Counted from the first letter of the stretch, positions 1 through 19,864 are shown. The stretch is 64,000 nt of DNA from Amoebidium appalachense (GCA_963693365.1 CAVNZM010000010.1:3904159-3968158), one strand, 5' to 3'. The notes: generated from the letters alone by a model not told the origin. Numbers and translations are program-made.

Positions 1-145
1 TGCAGACGAGTGCTTATGTGTGTGTGTGTTTGGGGGGGGGGGGGAGGGGGGAGGGGGGGGGGGGGGGGGGGGGGGGGGGAGGGGAGACAGAGGGAAGAGG
101 GTACGTGTTAAACCACTATTGTGACACGTACGTGTGTGTCTGCAG

Positions 146-6535
<6,390 letters not shown>

Positions 6536-6891
6536 AGGGGGGCTGAAAGATTGCAGGATGGGCTGGTGGGGCCGTCTCCCCCTATACCTTAGTGCAAGAC
6601 CGCTTATGCGTGGTTATCTTTTTTTTTTTTTGGCTTCTTTCTTTACCTTTTCTTTCTCTCTCTTCTTTTTTTCTCTCTCCCCCTTTTTTTTTCGTTCCTG
6701 TTTTTTTTCTGTGTTCTTCCTTCCCTTCAATCAAAGTCTTTCTTTCTCGCTCTCTCTCTTTCGTACTCTTTCGTTATCCCTCTCTCTCCATCTCTGTCTC
6801 TGTCTCTCTCTCGTTTTCTCTCTGCCTCGCTCTTCTCTCACACACACACACAATCACTCTCTCACTCTCTCTCTCTCCCCCCCCCCCCCCC

Positions 6892-6926
<35 letters not shown>

Positions 6927-7174
6927 TTCCCTCCCACATTCTCTTTCTTCTTCTTCACTTCAAACTTTCTTTGGCCTTTGGTTTTTCGGGTGATGACTCG
7001 TTCCCAAACAGGATGTGTATATATCCTTGATTGCTATGTACTACGATTATGGTGAACATGTGAGATAAATATATAGATTAGTGGGTTCAGTTTATTAGGC
7101 TGGCCCGTTGAGTTGCTCATATCAGGACTGTCAGATTGGTGCAGTTGTGGTTTCATTTTTATTCATTGTACGCT

Positions 7175-7220
<46 letters not shown>

Positions 7221-7288
7221 GCGTGCGTGTGCGTGTGTGTGTGTGTGTGCGCGCGCACAACGGTTTTTTTCTTCTTCTTCTTTTTTTT

Positions 7289-7329
<41 letters not shown>

Positions 7330-7501
7330 TCTTCGAGAAGTAGGGAATGTACAGTAAGATACGAGATATTTGGGTAGGCTTTGATGCCTCTCGTTTAAAT
7401 AAATGTGTCCTGAGGCTCACAAAAAGCTGTTGGCTTCTCTTTACCTTTTCCTTTCACTTTTTCTCTTTCCTTTTTCTTTTTCCTTTTTTTTTTTTTTTTT
7501 T

Positions 7502-7532
<31 letters not shown>

Positions 7533-8062
7533 GGGGAGGAGGAGGGGGGGGTCTTCACCGTAGGGAGATCCTTATGATCTCATTCAGCGTCAAAACGCAA
7601 AAAAGAAGAGTTTTTATATAAAGCAAAAAAAAAGGCAGAAATATACTGCTTTTTTTTGGCCGTCGATGTAGGCAGCTCTGGTGATTATGAGCCGTTAAGA
7701 AGGCATGTTGCTCGTACACATCCTTGCTTAGATGTTTACTGTGTTTTCGCTCAAAGATGTCATTTTGTTCATAATGGACTTAGTAATATGTGAATCAAGA
7801 AAATATATGGTTACGGTAACTCGGTTGAAGCCGAATTATATACAAGGTTTTATTAGATCTGTGTAATTTTGTTCATACTGCAATCGGCGAGGGCAAATAT
7901 ATATACCAGCGCAAGGCGTGTGCCGGCGATTCTGGTTTATACTTATACTTTATTGGTTCAGAAATAAATATACGACGTCAAACGTCATAAAAACAGTGTC
8001 ATGTGTGCAGCTGATCTACTGTTCAGCAAATAGTGACTGCAACCGGCCGCCACGGTTGGCCT

Positions 8063-8162
<100 letters not shown>

Positions 8163-8180
8163 AGTCTCTCTCTCCCCCTC

Positions 8181-8237
<57 letters not shown>

Positions 8238-8641
8238 CTCCCCCCCACCCCGGCCCCCCCCCCCGGCCCCCACCTATCTCTTCCTACATACATGCATGGG
8301 CGCGTACATGTATGTGCATGCGCATGTTACACAAACTGCAGCTGTTAACGTTAATTATAACGTTTTGCCTTCATGTATATACTATAGCTATTAGTGGGGA
8401 GGGAAAGCATATAAAAAAAATAGTATAACATCAATTGAACATGCAAAATATTAGGGCTATACATATTATAGATAGTTTAATTTAAAACCGATTCGGAAAT
8501 AATTTCCCTAATAATATGAGCCTTTGGTAACCTGCCACAGTAACTGGAGGACACGCGTACGGTCAGGTAAAGTTGAGTTTGAATTTGAGTTGTCAATGAG
8601 TCGAAACCACCGTCACCGTACAGGATTCGAGCATTTGCTGC

Positions 8642-8683
<42 letters not shown>

Positions 8684-8759
8684 CCCTTTCTTTCATCTTA
8701 GATCGCCATGGCCCTTGGGGGGGGGGGGAGGGGGGTGGGGGTGGGGAGGGGGGGAGGGG

Positions 8760-8800
<41 letters not shown>

Positions 8801-9876
8801 AAGACGAAGACCGTAACAGTAACAAGGTATCTTCGTTCTTTGTGCCCTCACGTGAAACACCACTCGGAGTATCAGTGTATGAATCGGACGTCCTTGTACG
8901 GTAAGTGGTTTCTATCTACATTTACCATGTCTTTGTATCACGTTGTACAATGTTGGTGAGCCAATATCAGTTTACCGGAACACAAACAGAACTTTGCTGG
9001 TAACCAAAAAAAAAAAAAAAGGTGTCATGAAAATCCATAAGACGGCAAATAAACGGCAGAAACAGAAGAAAAAAACAAAAAAAAAAAAAACAAAAAAAAA
9101 AAAAACGTTAGAAACAGAAAATTTTAAAGCACCTTCAAAAGAAGACAAAAGATATCCAAAGAAGATTTCCGGCTCACACAAGCGGAAAATCTTCAAGTGT
9201 TACAAAACGGGTACGACTGGGTCAGGCTTAGGATGTTTCACACAACAAAGATTAGCGATTGAATTTTTAACACAATAATTAGCATCTGATTTTCATCTTA
9301 TTTAAAACTGAACAGCTCCCAATAAAAAGTATCCCCTCAGCACAGATAATTTCTTTTAAATTTTTTTTAGCGTTTTTATAGAGTCAGCCTACACCACCGT
9401 CTTTAAATGGGGTACCTGTCGGCACAGCCTAATAACAACTTATCCCCACGTACCGTGCACGTGATACGTCTTTAACTTGAGATGATCATGTACAACAACA
9501 TATAAAAGGCAGACATGTTTAAGTCAATTTAAAAAAATCCCCCAGAGTTCTTTCATGTGGCAAACACACCACTTCTTAAATTGGAGATTGTGCCATACAT
9601 GTACGCAAAGCCAATAATACAATCTAACACCAATGCGACATGTAAATGACGTCATATTGCCGTTATATTTTTGAATTTCCAACACACACTTTGTTATTTT
9701 GTGCAACCCTCGAAGGCGCCTGTGTGTGTGCGTGTGAGTGTGTTCGCGTGTATTTGTGTGTGCGCGCATACACACGTCTGTCTGTCTGTCTGTCTGTGTG
9801 TGTGAGTGTGCGTGCCTGTGCGCGTGTGTACACACACACACACACACCAAATATCATGTATACATTTATAAGTACA

Positions 9877-12022
9877 TCACACATAGCTGCTCGGCAGACT
9901 CTTATCCCATCTCTGCCCCACCGGCGCCCGACGGGGAATTGGGCCCCACCCCACCTCCTCAGCCTCCTTTTCTCCCAAATTCGATCGATATTCCGGTAGC
10001 AAATTCTCCTGCGTGTTGTTTTGCCCATCCACACACCCATCCCCAGGCCCATTCGTACAGGCGCTTTGAATATTCATCGCGTAGATATTTCCCCAGCCTT
10101 CACCGTTTTCGCCCGTGCCCATAGACGTCTTTTTTTCATTTTCCGGCTCCCCGTGACACGTGCACTTGCACTTACAGCAATCACCACATTTGTTCTCCTC
10201 CTTTCCAGCTTTCTCTTTTTCCTCCTCCGTGTGTCTGTGCCGCAACACGAAATTACACAATGCAATAATGCACGTGGTAATCGCCATAGGCATACACCAC
10301 CAATACGACATTATATCCGATACACACCCGATAAAAGGCGGCACACCAGGCTGCGCGTTCCTTATCCCAGGAAGCGCGAAAATCGCCCCTATGCTCAAAC
10401 CAAGCATGGGCCCTTCGTGATTCCGTTTTCTCGTTATCACGTCGAACAGCGCGGTCGCTTCCAAAATCACCAACGTCCACATAAAAAGCATAACGAGAAT
10501 GGAAAACGCTATTGTCATGGTGCTACGATGCACGACAAATTTGGCCTCGATAGCCCCGTACTGCTCCCAATATTGAAAATCTATCTCGGTGACAAACCCC
10601 TGGATATCCGCCAAGAAAGAATACGTGAACGGGCGGTAAGGGGTGGTGGGCGGGTTATCTGTCTTGTCGTATATCTCGGACGGCGCGTCGAATGCGGATA
10701 TCCCGAACGCGCCGGAATATCGGTCGAAGGGGTAAAATGCCAGACTCGATTCCTGCCCGAAATTAAAACATGTGAGGTTTTGGTTTATATGCTATATCCC
10801 CCCCCCCCCCCCCCCCCCCCCCCCACCACCACCCCCCCCCCCCCATTTCCTTCCTTTCCTTAGTAACACCCTATCCCCCCCCCCCTCCTCCCCTCAACCC
10901 CCCTCAAAAAAAACCAAAAAAAAAACAATCTGTTGCCTCCCCCTCCTGCCCCCCTCCCCCCCCCCCCTACACACACACAAACGACGGGTGAGAATACGTG
11001 CACAGCGCGGGTGCCCGTTGCGAACTTGTGTATGTGCTTGCGCGAGTGAATCAGAGCGTGCACGTGTGTGCATGCGCTGTGTGCGTGGGTGCGTGCGTGT
11101 AACACGATTGTGTGTGTATGCGTTCGTGTGTGCTTTCCCTTTGTGTTTGTTTGCGTGTGCATGGGCGCGTGCATGAGTTGTGTGCGTCCTGATACACACT
11201 TCCATGGTGTGTCCATTTATGGGCACATAAAATCAAACAGGCCTGTCCGTGTGCATCGAATCAACATGCAGTGTCCATTTGTATGTTGCAAGGTGACTTG
11301 CCTACCTATAGTGTGTTTTATGGCCAGCAGCTTTAATAAAACTGCTTGCAAGCATCCCGACCGGTTTTCCAAAAAACTTCCACTTAACAATTCACAGAAC
11401 CAAAGCCCAACCCCATTAAACATTTATACAAAAAGCCTGCGAATCAAGCACATCCCCTTAAGATATTTGCGTAAGTGGGAAAAGGGACACCCACCGCCAA
11501 TCCAAATTTTGGATGTTCTGCAGCGGCGAACGCAGCATCAACTCGTATGGATAAACCTTCCTTCCAGGGCGCCGAGTCAGCCGCGCTGCTCATACGGCTA
11601 ACATACGTCGTGCATTCGGCCGGAGAACCAAAAGGTTTCATGCAGACGGTGGCATTGGGGTCCAGCTTAGACCTTATCCACACTGTCACATTGTTAAAAA
11701 AGGTGAAAGCTTGCACCGTGTATGTCTTCTTTAACGGGTCTATCATGGTGATGGACACATCGACGTATAAATGCGGTGCGCTTGTGCTGAGGTTGTACAA
11801 CTTGAAGTAGGGAGAGGTGGCGTTAGGCCTTAGAAATGCGATTCCGCTCTCGGGATCATAGTAAACATGGGTGAATCTTCTATAAGCTAAAGGCAATAAA
11901 ACAGTCAAAAGAGCAACGATCGCTAGGATGAATATGATGTGTTTTCTAAATTGAAAGGGTTCTTTTGGCATGCTTTCTGGCTGATCTAAATCTTGAAGAT
12001 GATGAACCTCTTCGGCAGCCAT
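9877..12022 (-). CDS. DUF4436-like membrane protein (N-terminal TM, beta-rich ectodomain with YPFD, three C-terminal TMs)
   Basis: Exon 1 from ATG 12022 (alternative 12079) has the TM HIIFILAIVALLTVLLPLAY. The last exon 10752-9877 follows a CAG and reads ESSLAFYPFDRY...IAFSILVMLFMWTL...GAIFALPGIRNAQPGVPPFIGCVSDIMSYWWCM, matching the LFA-x-P-x-RNA-x-PG-x-PP-x-G motif recalled for DUF4436. Internal junctions in 10753-11460 are unresolved. Confidence 0.7.
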
Positions 12023-13222
12023 GGCGTCGGGGTTCTTCTTTCTTCGCCATAGCGTTTGGCTGTTCTTGAAAGATAGCATTTTTCTGTTAGAATTGTTGTG
12101 TTTTATGTGTTTTGTGTGTGGCCAGCTAAGCAATACATGTGTGATGTATGCTAATCCTTAAGCTTTTAAACAATAAACATCTGCTGTGCCTTGTGTTGTG
12201 ATGTGCCCATCTACTCTCTCTACACTCATGCCCAAAGGGATAGGCCTACATGTACACGCGAAGAAGCCAACTACAAAAAAAAGTAAAACAACATGCATAA
12301 TAGACACCGCGGCTGCCCAGGGCCAGCCAGCCGGCATCGTACCACCTGAGCCTGTGTTGTTACTGTCCCCTAAACATAGAAATGGGTCTTCCGTTCTGTT
12401 TCTGAGCGGGTAAAAAACGAACAGGAAAAAGAACGTGAAAGTGTATGCTACAGTTATGAGCTTCTGGAGGGGTTTTATCGTGGTTTTCAAAGGGCCGTGA
12501 TTTTATGCACTTTGTGTGATGGCCCTAAAATTCCTGGAGAGTAAAGGCGCTGATAGTTCGCCAATAGGCGTTAGCTTTCATAATGGCTTCGAATCATTTT
12601 TTCCCATATAAAGTACTGGTCCGACAATCATCATCAGTATCATGATCAATGTATTTATCCATAAATTACGTATTACAGAGTTAGTGTATTATAGTTTTGT
12701 TGTTTGTTTGCTTGTTTCCCCCCTTCTTTTTCTTCTTTTTCTGGCCCTACCGTAAATAGTCACATTGTAGTGAACTCAAGCTTGCCCAAAATCACGGCGA
12801 CAACGCGAATTCCACGCACCCTTCATATTCTTTAAATTTACTCTCCACACCACCCTCCTGGCCGATTGATTCTTCATTTCCAGGCGAATATTTGAGTTAT
12901 TTTAATGCTGCGCACGTTCAACGTGCTATTTCTGCCCTAAAACCCAAAAAGGCATGTGGTTCGGATGCTCTTCCACCCGCCCTTCTTAAGGCATTGTGCC
13001 CTCCGCCCGTTATTACCAAAGGCCTCCACCGTTTGCATATTTGGTGAGCGAGTTCTTCTCCGCCTTTTATTTCCACGTACCCTTCATATTCTTTACTCTC
13101 CACACCACCCTCCTGGCCGATTGATTCTTCATTTCCAGGCGAATATTTGAGTTATTTTAATGCTGCGCACGTCCAACGTGCTATTTCTGCCCTAAACCCA
13201 AAAAGGCATGTGGTCCGGATGC

Positions 13223-13516
13223 ACCCAAGTCCATACGCCGGAAGTCCCCGCGCACCTGATTGGACAAAACACGATCCGATGACGTAAATTCAGGGGAGAA
13301 CGATTCGATTCCCAAGCGACATAAAGGGGCCGTCAGGCCCCTTTAGCGGGGGTTGGGGGGAGGCAGCCCCCCCATTTAGGGCCCAGACACACATAGGGTT
13401 ATGGTTATTGGGTTTATGTTTTTATTTTTGTAAATTATTATCAATTATTGTATTTTTTTAGCCGGTTATCATCCGATCTCCCTATACCTAGGGCTTCCTT
13501 CGTATAGACCTACCTC
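13223..13516. mobile_element. 294-bp MITE-like insertion within the RT, with a ~10-bp target-site duplication
   Basis: GTCCGGATGC at 13213-13222 and 13517-13526; removing the insert restores G-P-D-A-L-P. Imperfect subterminal inverted repeats (AGTCCATACGCCGGAAGTCC vs reverse complement GGTCTATACGAAGGAAGCCC, 15/20). Two internal GC hairpins at ~13324-13373. Confidence 0.75.
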
Positions 13517-13745
13517 GTCCGGATGCTCTTCCACCCGCCCTTAAGCTTTAGGCATTGTGCCCTCCGCCCGTTATTACCAAAGGAGGGAATACGCCTCCTC
13601 CTCCACCGTTTGCATATTTGGTGAGCGAGTTCTTCTCCGCCTTTTGTGAGTTGGGCTTCATTCCTTCGTCGTGGAATGACACGCTTGTTAATCCAGTCCG
13701 CAAGAAGGTCTCTATGGTCCGATTTCTTCTTTTCGGCCGGTCACC

Positions 13746-14823
13746 CCGCCTTAACCAACATATTTCATCTGGCCCAAACCCGCTAATTCAAAAAATAGGG
13801 TATTTATTTTAAGGGCGTACCGCATCCAATCATTCGGCGCCAAATTTTTTAAGGGCGTACCGCATCCAATCGGCTGATATGACTTCCAAAAATCGGATCG
13901 TCTAAGCCAGCGAATCAATTTCGGTAACGGCCAATCCAAGCGGTTGCGGCAGAAAAATTTAAACTGATATGCTCAGTGTCATGTGCTGAGCTGATTCGTA
14001 TTAGTTTGCTTCTATATTTTGTGTTTTGGTGAGTGAACTTCGGGGGTTTTCTTGCATAGTGATGCAGGGGTCTAAGTGGAGTATGAGGAGATTATTCAGT
14101 GGTATGGGGAGAATTTGATGCAGCGGCGGCTAATTGTTTGGTGCGCGCGTGCATGCTCCATGCCTCTGCGTACTCTTCATGTTATATGTTGTATTGCTTC
14201 TTGCTGTGTGCTTGGCGAAACCCATGTTGCCTGCTCGCGTGTGTATATGCTTATATGTATTGTGAGTAAAAAGTGTGTACGTTAGCCAATGGTATGGAGT
14301 GCGTGTAGCCTGTGGGGGAGGGAGTGTTGTGATTGGCTGAATGTCACTGTGGTATTTGTCTGGCCAGTGGGCCGCGTGTGTGTGAAGTGTCTCGCGGGGT
14401 CGCGGGCTTTTCGAAGTTCTTCTGAGAACACGTTTCTGCTCGCTTCCCACCCAACTCAAAGAAAAGTTTATACGTATACACAGTTTCAAGCCCCTTTAAG
14501 CGTGCAGTTAGTAAGTGTAGTTCGTATACACGCAAGGACGTGACACGACACTCAGCGGGTTGTTCCAACTTATATCGGACTTAATCGCAGTAATCATAGC
14601 GCGAAACCGTGCAATAAAGCAGTATAAGGATAGTATAATACCATATTCTAAAGCAGCAGAGTTTGCGCTCGTTTCTACTGGAAAAAAATCCGCGCTTTGT
14701 TCTTTAGCTATTGGGGCGGTAGATTCACCGCCCGCTACAGAAATTTTACCGCGCTCATAATCAGATCGACGAAAAAGGAAAGAGATCGGAATGCGGAAAT
14801 TAGGCCCCCGAGCGTTAGCGCAA
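13746..14823. mobile_element. ~1.08-kb unclassified insertion splitting the RT motif FRPVT|VGAMHR
   Basis: RT codons GTC ACC end at 13745 and GTT GGC GCT ATG resume at 14824. Contains a direct repeat TTTTAAGGGCGTACCGCATCCAATC x2 (13807-13871). No obvious TSD, TIR or convincing ORF. Confidence 0.6.
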
Positions 14824-15613
14824 GTTGGCGCTATGCATCGCCTATTCGAGTCCTGCATATTGCGCGCCTTCCACAAGCATGAGACCTTATCCAATGTATT
14901 TCGATTGAGCAACATTCAGGGCGGGTTTCGACATCCTTATTCGTGCTATACTCATGCTCTTCTTTTACACGACACTATCCGTTCGGGATGTCCCGAGGTT
15001 TGCTTCATCGACCTTAAGAATGCCTACGACACGGTTCCAACGAATTTGCTTTGGCATAAGTTGGCGACTCGAGGGCTCCCACTTCCCTTCGGTGGACTAC
15101 TTCAGGCGTTACTAAGTTGACCGCACCCATGGGGCTGCCGTTGTGAATGGGGTATCTGAGTAACGGATTCAGTCGTACACGAGGCCTTTTACAGGGCTCA
15201 CTTTTGAGTCCCCTCCTTTTTGATGTCTTTATTGACGTCGACGACTTAGCGGTAGAAATTCAAAAATCTCCCGTTGCAGGCGACTCTTGTGTTGCCGGGC
15301 TTTTTTTCGCTGATGATATTGCTTTAGTCACTCATGATCCTTCTATTATGACTACCATGCTTTCTCGAGTAGATGATTGGTGTTTCCGAACTTTTTTTAA
15401 TAATGACTTTATTGATATGCTCAGCAAAATAGAAGCCATCGAGATATCCCGATATCTCGGAGAAGAAAATACAAAAGCCCTCACTCTCGGATACGGAGGA
15501 GATAACGGCTTAAATAATCATACACCCTAGAAAACTCGTTGAACATACAGATTATCACTTAACGAATAAATGTCCAAAAAAGTAAAACCCACGGACCATA
15601 TATGGTCAAAGTG

Positions 15614-15665
15614 TTGATTGGTCTGTTATATCGTCCACCAATAGACTGAACGCGGGGTTTTCAAA
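15614..15665 (+). promoter_or_regulatory. Candidate promoter: two CCAAT boxes and a CDE/CHR-like element
   Basis: ATTGG 15617-21, CCAAT 15638-42, CGCGG-N4-TTCAAA 15651-15665, about 150 nt upstream of ATG 15810. Confidence 0.3.
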
Positions 15666-15809
15666 CATGATCATGTACTGGCCATGCGGTGAGCCGCCCA
15701 CGTGCCGGCCGGCCGGCACTTCTACGCAGTGACCACCGGCACCGCCCCACAGGCTCCCGTGTGGTGAAAGTAGTAAAGACAATGCTTGTGTCCAGGCCCG
15801 ACACTCAAC

Positions 15810-16040
15810 ATGTTCAACGCATTAGGATTTGCGGCTCCGTTTCGCTACTCTTCCGGTCAGAGGAAGCACATGGGCCGTCCCACCATAGATGGGACGCCAA
15901 AGCGAGTGTATGGTGCTGTTGAGAATGAGAAACAAAGATCTAGAGCTCAAGGGCCGGCGGCCACTGCAGTGTGTGGAAACAGGGTTCAAAGCACCCCCAT
16001 AACGCGCAAACCGCTTTCAAACGTCACGAACAACGTGAAG
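15810..16040 (+). CDS. Probable first exon of an uncharacterised gene with an RxxLxxxxN destruction box
   Basis: ATG 15810 opens 77 codons ending TPITRKPLSNVTNNVK|GTATGG. A 47-nt intron leads to an in-phase exon at 16088 (GRAEPHEIGTAVAST...). A further exon may start at 17717. Confidence 0.45.
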
Positions 16041-16555
16041 GTATGGTTTTTCCCTCGGAGGAGTTCCATCTTGTTGATGCCTTCTAGGGGCGGGCTGAGC
16101 CTCATGAGATTGGTACAGCTGTAGCTTCCACGGCCGCGGCAACCAGCACCGCTGCAGTCGATCGAGCGCAACGGTCCACCGTTCTCCCATACCTCATCCG
16201 ACTCCCTAGATTTTGTGGGGAACGATCATGTCTAATATGGAAATTGAAAACTCTTATAGGAGAATCATAGGAAATTTGATTTTTGAACACTCTGCCCTTA
16301 ACGTTTGGACAGGCACAAAAACTGTAGGCCAAGTGAACACGATGAATTAAATACTGCCGAGTCTTCGAGCACATTCAAACTTCCTGTAATGTGACGGGGG
16401 GTCCTGTAAAGCATGATATATACGCCTGTGCCCCCCCCCCCCCCCCCCCCCCTCCGCCCCTCTCCTCCTCTTCCCCCTCTGTCCCTCCCGGCACCCTACA
16501 CGTCGCTCTCCCCATCCTCCCAAATGCCTGCAAACACCACACACACACACACACG

Positions 16556-16589
<34 letters not shown>

Positions 16590-16643
16590 GACAAACACAC
16601 ACACACACACACACACATAAACACACACACACACACACAAACA

Positions 16644-16763
<120 letters not shown>

Positions 16764-16786
16764 CACGCACACACACACACACACAT

Positions 16787-16818
<32 letters not shown>

Positions 16819-16916
16819 ACACACACACTGCACACCAGGCATACAATGGCTTGAACGAAAATGCAAGCCAAACTACCCAATTGGGAGGGTTAGATATGCC
16901 CCCTTTCTTCGAGGCA

Positions 16917-16957
<41 letters not shown>

Positions 16958-17314
16958 ACCACCACAAAAAAGAAAAAAGAAAAAAAAAAACGGCAGTCAA
17001 TATGATTATCCCCCCCCCCCCCCCCTCCCCCCCCCTCCCCCCCACCCACCCCCGGGATCACCACCACAACCACCTTCGCCACCGTAAAACTACTCTGCAA
17101 AAAAACAGAATGGTTCTCCTATGACTAAATTTTAATCTGCTTCCGTGATCAGAATGAGTCTGCTAAAAGTTATTCGGCTTTGTCTAAATTATTCTGCTAG
17201 AAGCAGAATAAGTCTTCCTTTCTGTAGATTTAGAAAGTTTTGTTTTTTACAGAACAATTATGTACAGAGTATGTTGATTCTGCTGATGTGGTTGGGCTCT
17301 CACTCTTGTGTGTT

Positions 17315-17362
<48 letters not shown>

Positions 17363-17665
17363 CACGTGCGCACGGGCGTTCATGAATGAGTGAGTGAATG
17401 AGTGAGTAAGTAGTGAGTGAAAGAGTAGGTGAAGATGAGAGAGAGAGCGGAGGGAGGGAGGGATGGATGGATGGAGGGAGGGAGGGAGGGAGGGAGGGAG
17501 GGAGGGAGGGAGGGAGGGAGGGAGGGAGGGAGGGAGGGAGGGAGAGAGATCTTGAGAGCAGAGAGAGAGCCTCGGCGGAGAGGGGAGGGGCGGAAGAGGA
17601 AGGGGGGGAGGGGGAGGGGGAGAAAGAGAGAAGGAGAGATTTTGAGCAGGAGAGAGAGAAAGAGA

Positions 17666-17700
<35 letters not shown>

Positions 17701-18411
17701 TGGGCGCGTGTGCAGCTATGATGCTCGATGATGTCAACGAACTCTACAGTGGCCTGCAAAAAGATGTGCTCGCGTGTAGTCTAGGGCAGTGGAACGGTGA
17801 AAGAAAACATCATTGGAGGCGACCGATCTCGGGCAGGGACCCGACTCTGGGATACGTGTATCCCATAAACCGAGTGAGGAATTCGAACAAGCCCCTCGGT
17901 AGCTGCTGTATGTGAGACCCTGGCCTTGGGGGGCGGGCGGGGGAGGGGGGGGGACAAGAGGAAGGGGGAAAGGGGGAGAGGGGGAGGGGGGAGAGAGCTC
18001 GGGAAATATTTGGAGGGTTGTGTGAGTAATTTATTTTGATTTGCCAGTGGAAAGCTTTTATATTTAATATATTATATTGGGATTGAGTCACTGTGGATCG
18101 CGTAAGACTTAGTTTGTTTTTTAAGCTGCAGCCTGATGCATATGGAAAAGATACTCTCGCCTATGATAGAAGGGCATGGGTGTCGGAGGGGTGATGGCCA
18201 TGCCCCCCCCCCCCACCCCCCCCCCCCAATTCGTCTTCAGGGAGGGCAATGCTCCAGGGCCTTAATTCCCTGTCTTCAACCCCCCCCCCCCCTCTCCCCC
18301 ACCCCCCACCCCCCACCCCCTCCCCCTCACTCATGAGCTCATTTCGAGGAGCAGCGATTGCAAGGTGTGATGACTGCAGTACATACGTAGCCCCTGTACC
18401 CTCTCTCTCTC

Positions 18412-18446
<35 letters not shown>

Positions 18447-18630
18447 CCCCCCCTTCCTTCCCTCTCTCTCCCCCCTCCCCCCCTCCCTTTCTTGTATCGC
18501 AGTCTCTCTATCCCCTTCATAATCATAGATCTCGTTAGATCTGTTTGGATTTGAATGAATGTTCCAACATGCATGCTCGGTTCGATCCAATAATCATGAT
18601 AACATAGTATTATCTTTTTTTTTTTTTTTT

Positions 18631-18694
<64 letters not shown>

Positions 18695-19864
18695 TGTGCT
18701 ATTTATTAACTACATACATGTGAGCTGTTATGGGTTGTCATCACCAAGGCCAACAGTACTTTGTTCCACCCAACTAGATCTATACATGTAAAACTCGACG
18801 CTACGCTTACTACGCTTACTAACTGTATTTGATTATTATCCCTGGCAGCTGCCAGTGTGACTTGTGTGCCACCAGTGCCACGAGGCTCGAGCATTCAAGC
18901 TTTTGCACTATCCCGAAGTCGACACACATCGATGAAAGATGGCACAGTTAACGTTGTGCAATGTGCCTGCATCGAAACCACTGCACATGTGTGGCCCTGA
19001 TGAACACGGCGCAGCCGAACCGAGGGACATTCTAACTAATCACCTCAACTCCAAAATCCCTGGCAGGATGGCGCCACGCATGACTAAGTTTTGACAACAT
19101 GGCTCGGAACCACATGAACCAAGGGAATGGGATTGGAAGCTCGCGCTCACCTAAAACCCAAAAACACTGTGCACACCCATAATGGATGGGATAGAAAAAT
19201 ACAGCGGGTTCCGATTGGTTTTAAGTCATGGTATAATCAAGGCTGTGCCAATCTGAAGTATGATTGGATACAACAAAGTCGAACTTTCCTATTGAATTTA
19301 GGTGATACCTTTTTAGGAAATGACATTCAGCGTGATTGGATGAATAATTAGGCGGGAAGTATCCGAGCCATGCCAAGGAATGGATTTTTCATTAGGGATG
19401 GAATGGCTTTAAAAACCTTGCATTCAAAGTACAGGACCGAGCGTTCATTTATAATTTAATAGTAGAGTTTGAAATGGCATCCATCATGGTTTATATTAGA
19501 AAAAAACATTATGGTGTTCGCGAGCAGTTTAGCTGTGTATGCTCGCGTACAAATTCTTGCGTGGGTGAGCGATGGTCAACAGCTGCCGGCCGGTGGAATG
19601 TGGAAAGTGAACGGATCAGATCTGTTTCTCAGTGACTGGTCATCAGGGGCCCTGGCTCACCATAGTAGTGCCTTCTGCATTTGCCCCATTAGCATAGGAA
19701 AGAGCTGGATTTGTATATATAAAGATAGCTATATATTTTTTTTTATGCTTATTTACAGAGTATGTTAAGCTGTATGGTTTTGTTTGTTCATAAGTTGAGG
19801 AAACACTTAGCGGGTGTGACGTCCATCATCTAGCCACAAACAAACCAGTTGGATAGTTCCTTCT

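Larger units (their letters stand above)
12810..15388 (+). pseudogene. Decayed non-LTR retrotransposon reverse transcriptase, partly duplicated and split by two insertions
   Basis: Fragments in order: HVQRAISALKPKKACG[S/P]DALP (duplicated at 12810-12968 and 13070-13222), IPSSWNDTLVNPVRKK, FRPVT|VGAMHRLFESCILR, QGGFR, FIDLKNAYDTV, RGLLQGSLLSPLLF, FFADDIAL. Stops and frameshifts are present. Confidence 0.9.

Noticed and set aside
6536-7055. Hydrophobic Phe/Leu/Ser C-terminus of the 913-aa ORF as transmembrane segments
   Set aside because: It derives from T/C-rich low-complexity 3' sequence; probably read-through past a miscalled stop.
7280-7540. Fixed polarity of homopolymer junctions (T-run then G-run; C-run then A-run)
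   Set aside because: The opposite arrangements (A-run then G-run at 25284, C-run then T-run at 49920 and 51950) also occur.
10021-10863. 280-aa plus-strand ORF
   Set aside because: Antisense shadow of the DUF4436-like last exon, with a non-ATG start.
12158-12490. 110-aa minus-strand ORF with two hydrophobic stretches
   Set aside because: TTG start, in-frame stop just upstream, no recognisable motif or convincing splice path.
14791-15530. RT as a retron, group II intron or defence-associated RT
   Set aside because: Motifs (KACGPD, RPVT, DLKNAYDTV, QGSLLSPLLF, FADD) and eukaryotic context fit a decayed non-LTR retrotransposon.
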